Shown: piece by piece, positions 62,886 through 64,000 of the stretch
How positions within the stretch are numbered: position 1 is the stretch's first letter
How the letters are laid out: the number at the start of each line of letters is the position of its first letter
Assembly (NCBI RefSeq): GCF_001194135.2
Contig: NC_069003.1
Span: 19,734,795-19,798,794, forward strand
Length of the DNA stretch: 64,000 nt
Source: Octopus bimaculoides
Lineage: Eukaryota
Reading direction: 5' to 3'
Position numbers and translations under genes: made by a program
The notes under the pieces: model-generated
The model's database searches: none
What the model was told of the DNA's origin: nothing
Seen by the model: only the letters and a program-made list of their open reading frames with translations

Positions 62886-64000
62886 TTAACCTTGAATGTT
62901 AAAACTGAATTAAATGTCAATGGACATACTCTAGAAACTCTCTTAAGACACTTCAATTGGAAAGAACTTAAATCAATTGAAGCGTTTAGTTTATTTCAGA
63001 ATATCTGTTATTACTGTGTGTATATGTCTACGCACAAACACAAACACACATACATGTACGTACAGTGCCTGATTTTCCCATTTCAGCCGTGACTATGTAA
63101 GCTATACAATTCATCTGGAATGAAAACATTTATTGAGACATTTGTGAATATAAATACGTCAAATAATACTATTATTAGTCAGCTACTGAAAAGTCATGGT
63201 TGGGTGTTCACATACAACTACAACAGAGCTAGCTGATATTAAAGCTAAGTTATATTTACTTTGTACTATCCAGTGCGGTGTCTAAATCTTCCTAGTATGT
63301 TAATCCTTTTGCTCTTTTGTTAAAAGAATCTTTATCAACTTTGTAGAAACTTCCTTATCCTTACATTTCAACTATGGTGTTAATGTAATCAGTCCACCCA
63401 TAGACAAAACCTCCAAACCTACTGTTTGTTTTGCTCCCAACTCCTAACTGAACACCTTTCATAAATCTTCTCTCAATCTATCCCTTTCTCTCTCACTTAC
63501 CTCACCACACACACACACCATCCTGTACAGATACAAACTACTCAGCATACAGCCACACCAAGAGCCAAATCTCCTCTGGCCACTAACCCTCACAATGTTC
63601 CTTCTTTTACTTTCAAACAATGCACACTAAAGTTAGCTTCCATCAGTAACATGCTTCAATGTCCAAATCTAAACATGGCAATACTGCCACTAACCCTGTG
63701 ACTGTGTGTCAGATTGCACTTTTGTAGCATGTGTGTGCTGATTGACTTGTCTCTGATTCACATTATCAATTCTAAGTTTTGTAATATACATGCAGGCAGC
63801 GGTGAACCGGCCAGGTTGCCAGCTTAGCCGATAACAAGTGGGCCTCTGCACCATTAGAATCCATATATGGGGGACCCATTCCCTCAAGTTAGAGAATTTT
63901 TTTATTCACTCCTAGAAGAATGCATTAATTATTTCAGCCTGGCTGTGTTTGTAGACAGTTGAAAAGAATACTTTTAACCGAAAAAAAAAAAAAAAAAAAA

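Noticed and set aside
63981-64000. Terminal poly(A) run
   Set aside because: It is cut by the window edge, so it cannot be assigned to a retrocopy or 3' end.

Overview
AT-rich, microsatellite-dense, gapped animal genomic DNA. The repeat landscape (tRNA-headed SINEs, RTE and CR1-like LINE fragments, piggyBac, mariner, maT and hAT relics) resembles an octopus or other coleoid cephalopod assembly; this is inferred, not proven. Only one host exon is well supported: a 352-bp minus-strand internal coding exon (5125->4774) encoding the second half of a PDZ domain typical of MPDZ/PATJ PDZ1. The rest of the window looks intronic to that gene. The most notable non-coding feature is at 14.9-16.1 kb. There, the 3' end of a Penelope-like element carries a GIY-YIG-type C-terminal peptide, then a tRNA-like Pol III A/B-box module, then a minimal type-I hammerhead ribozyme, in the host-gene sense. 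A second, unrelated hammerhead with an extended helix II lies about 0.85 kb away on the opposite strand. Also seen are several unrelated short-spacer hairpins (two with hammerhead-like half motifs), nested transposon insertions with recoverable TSDs, a perfect 418-bp palindrome beside a gap, and a CpG-preserving island at 27.8-28.9 kb that may be an internal promoter. No rRNA, true tRNA, CRISPR or prokaryotic features were found. All coordinates were read by hand.
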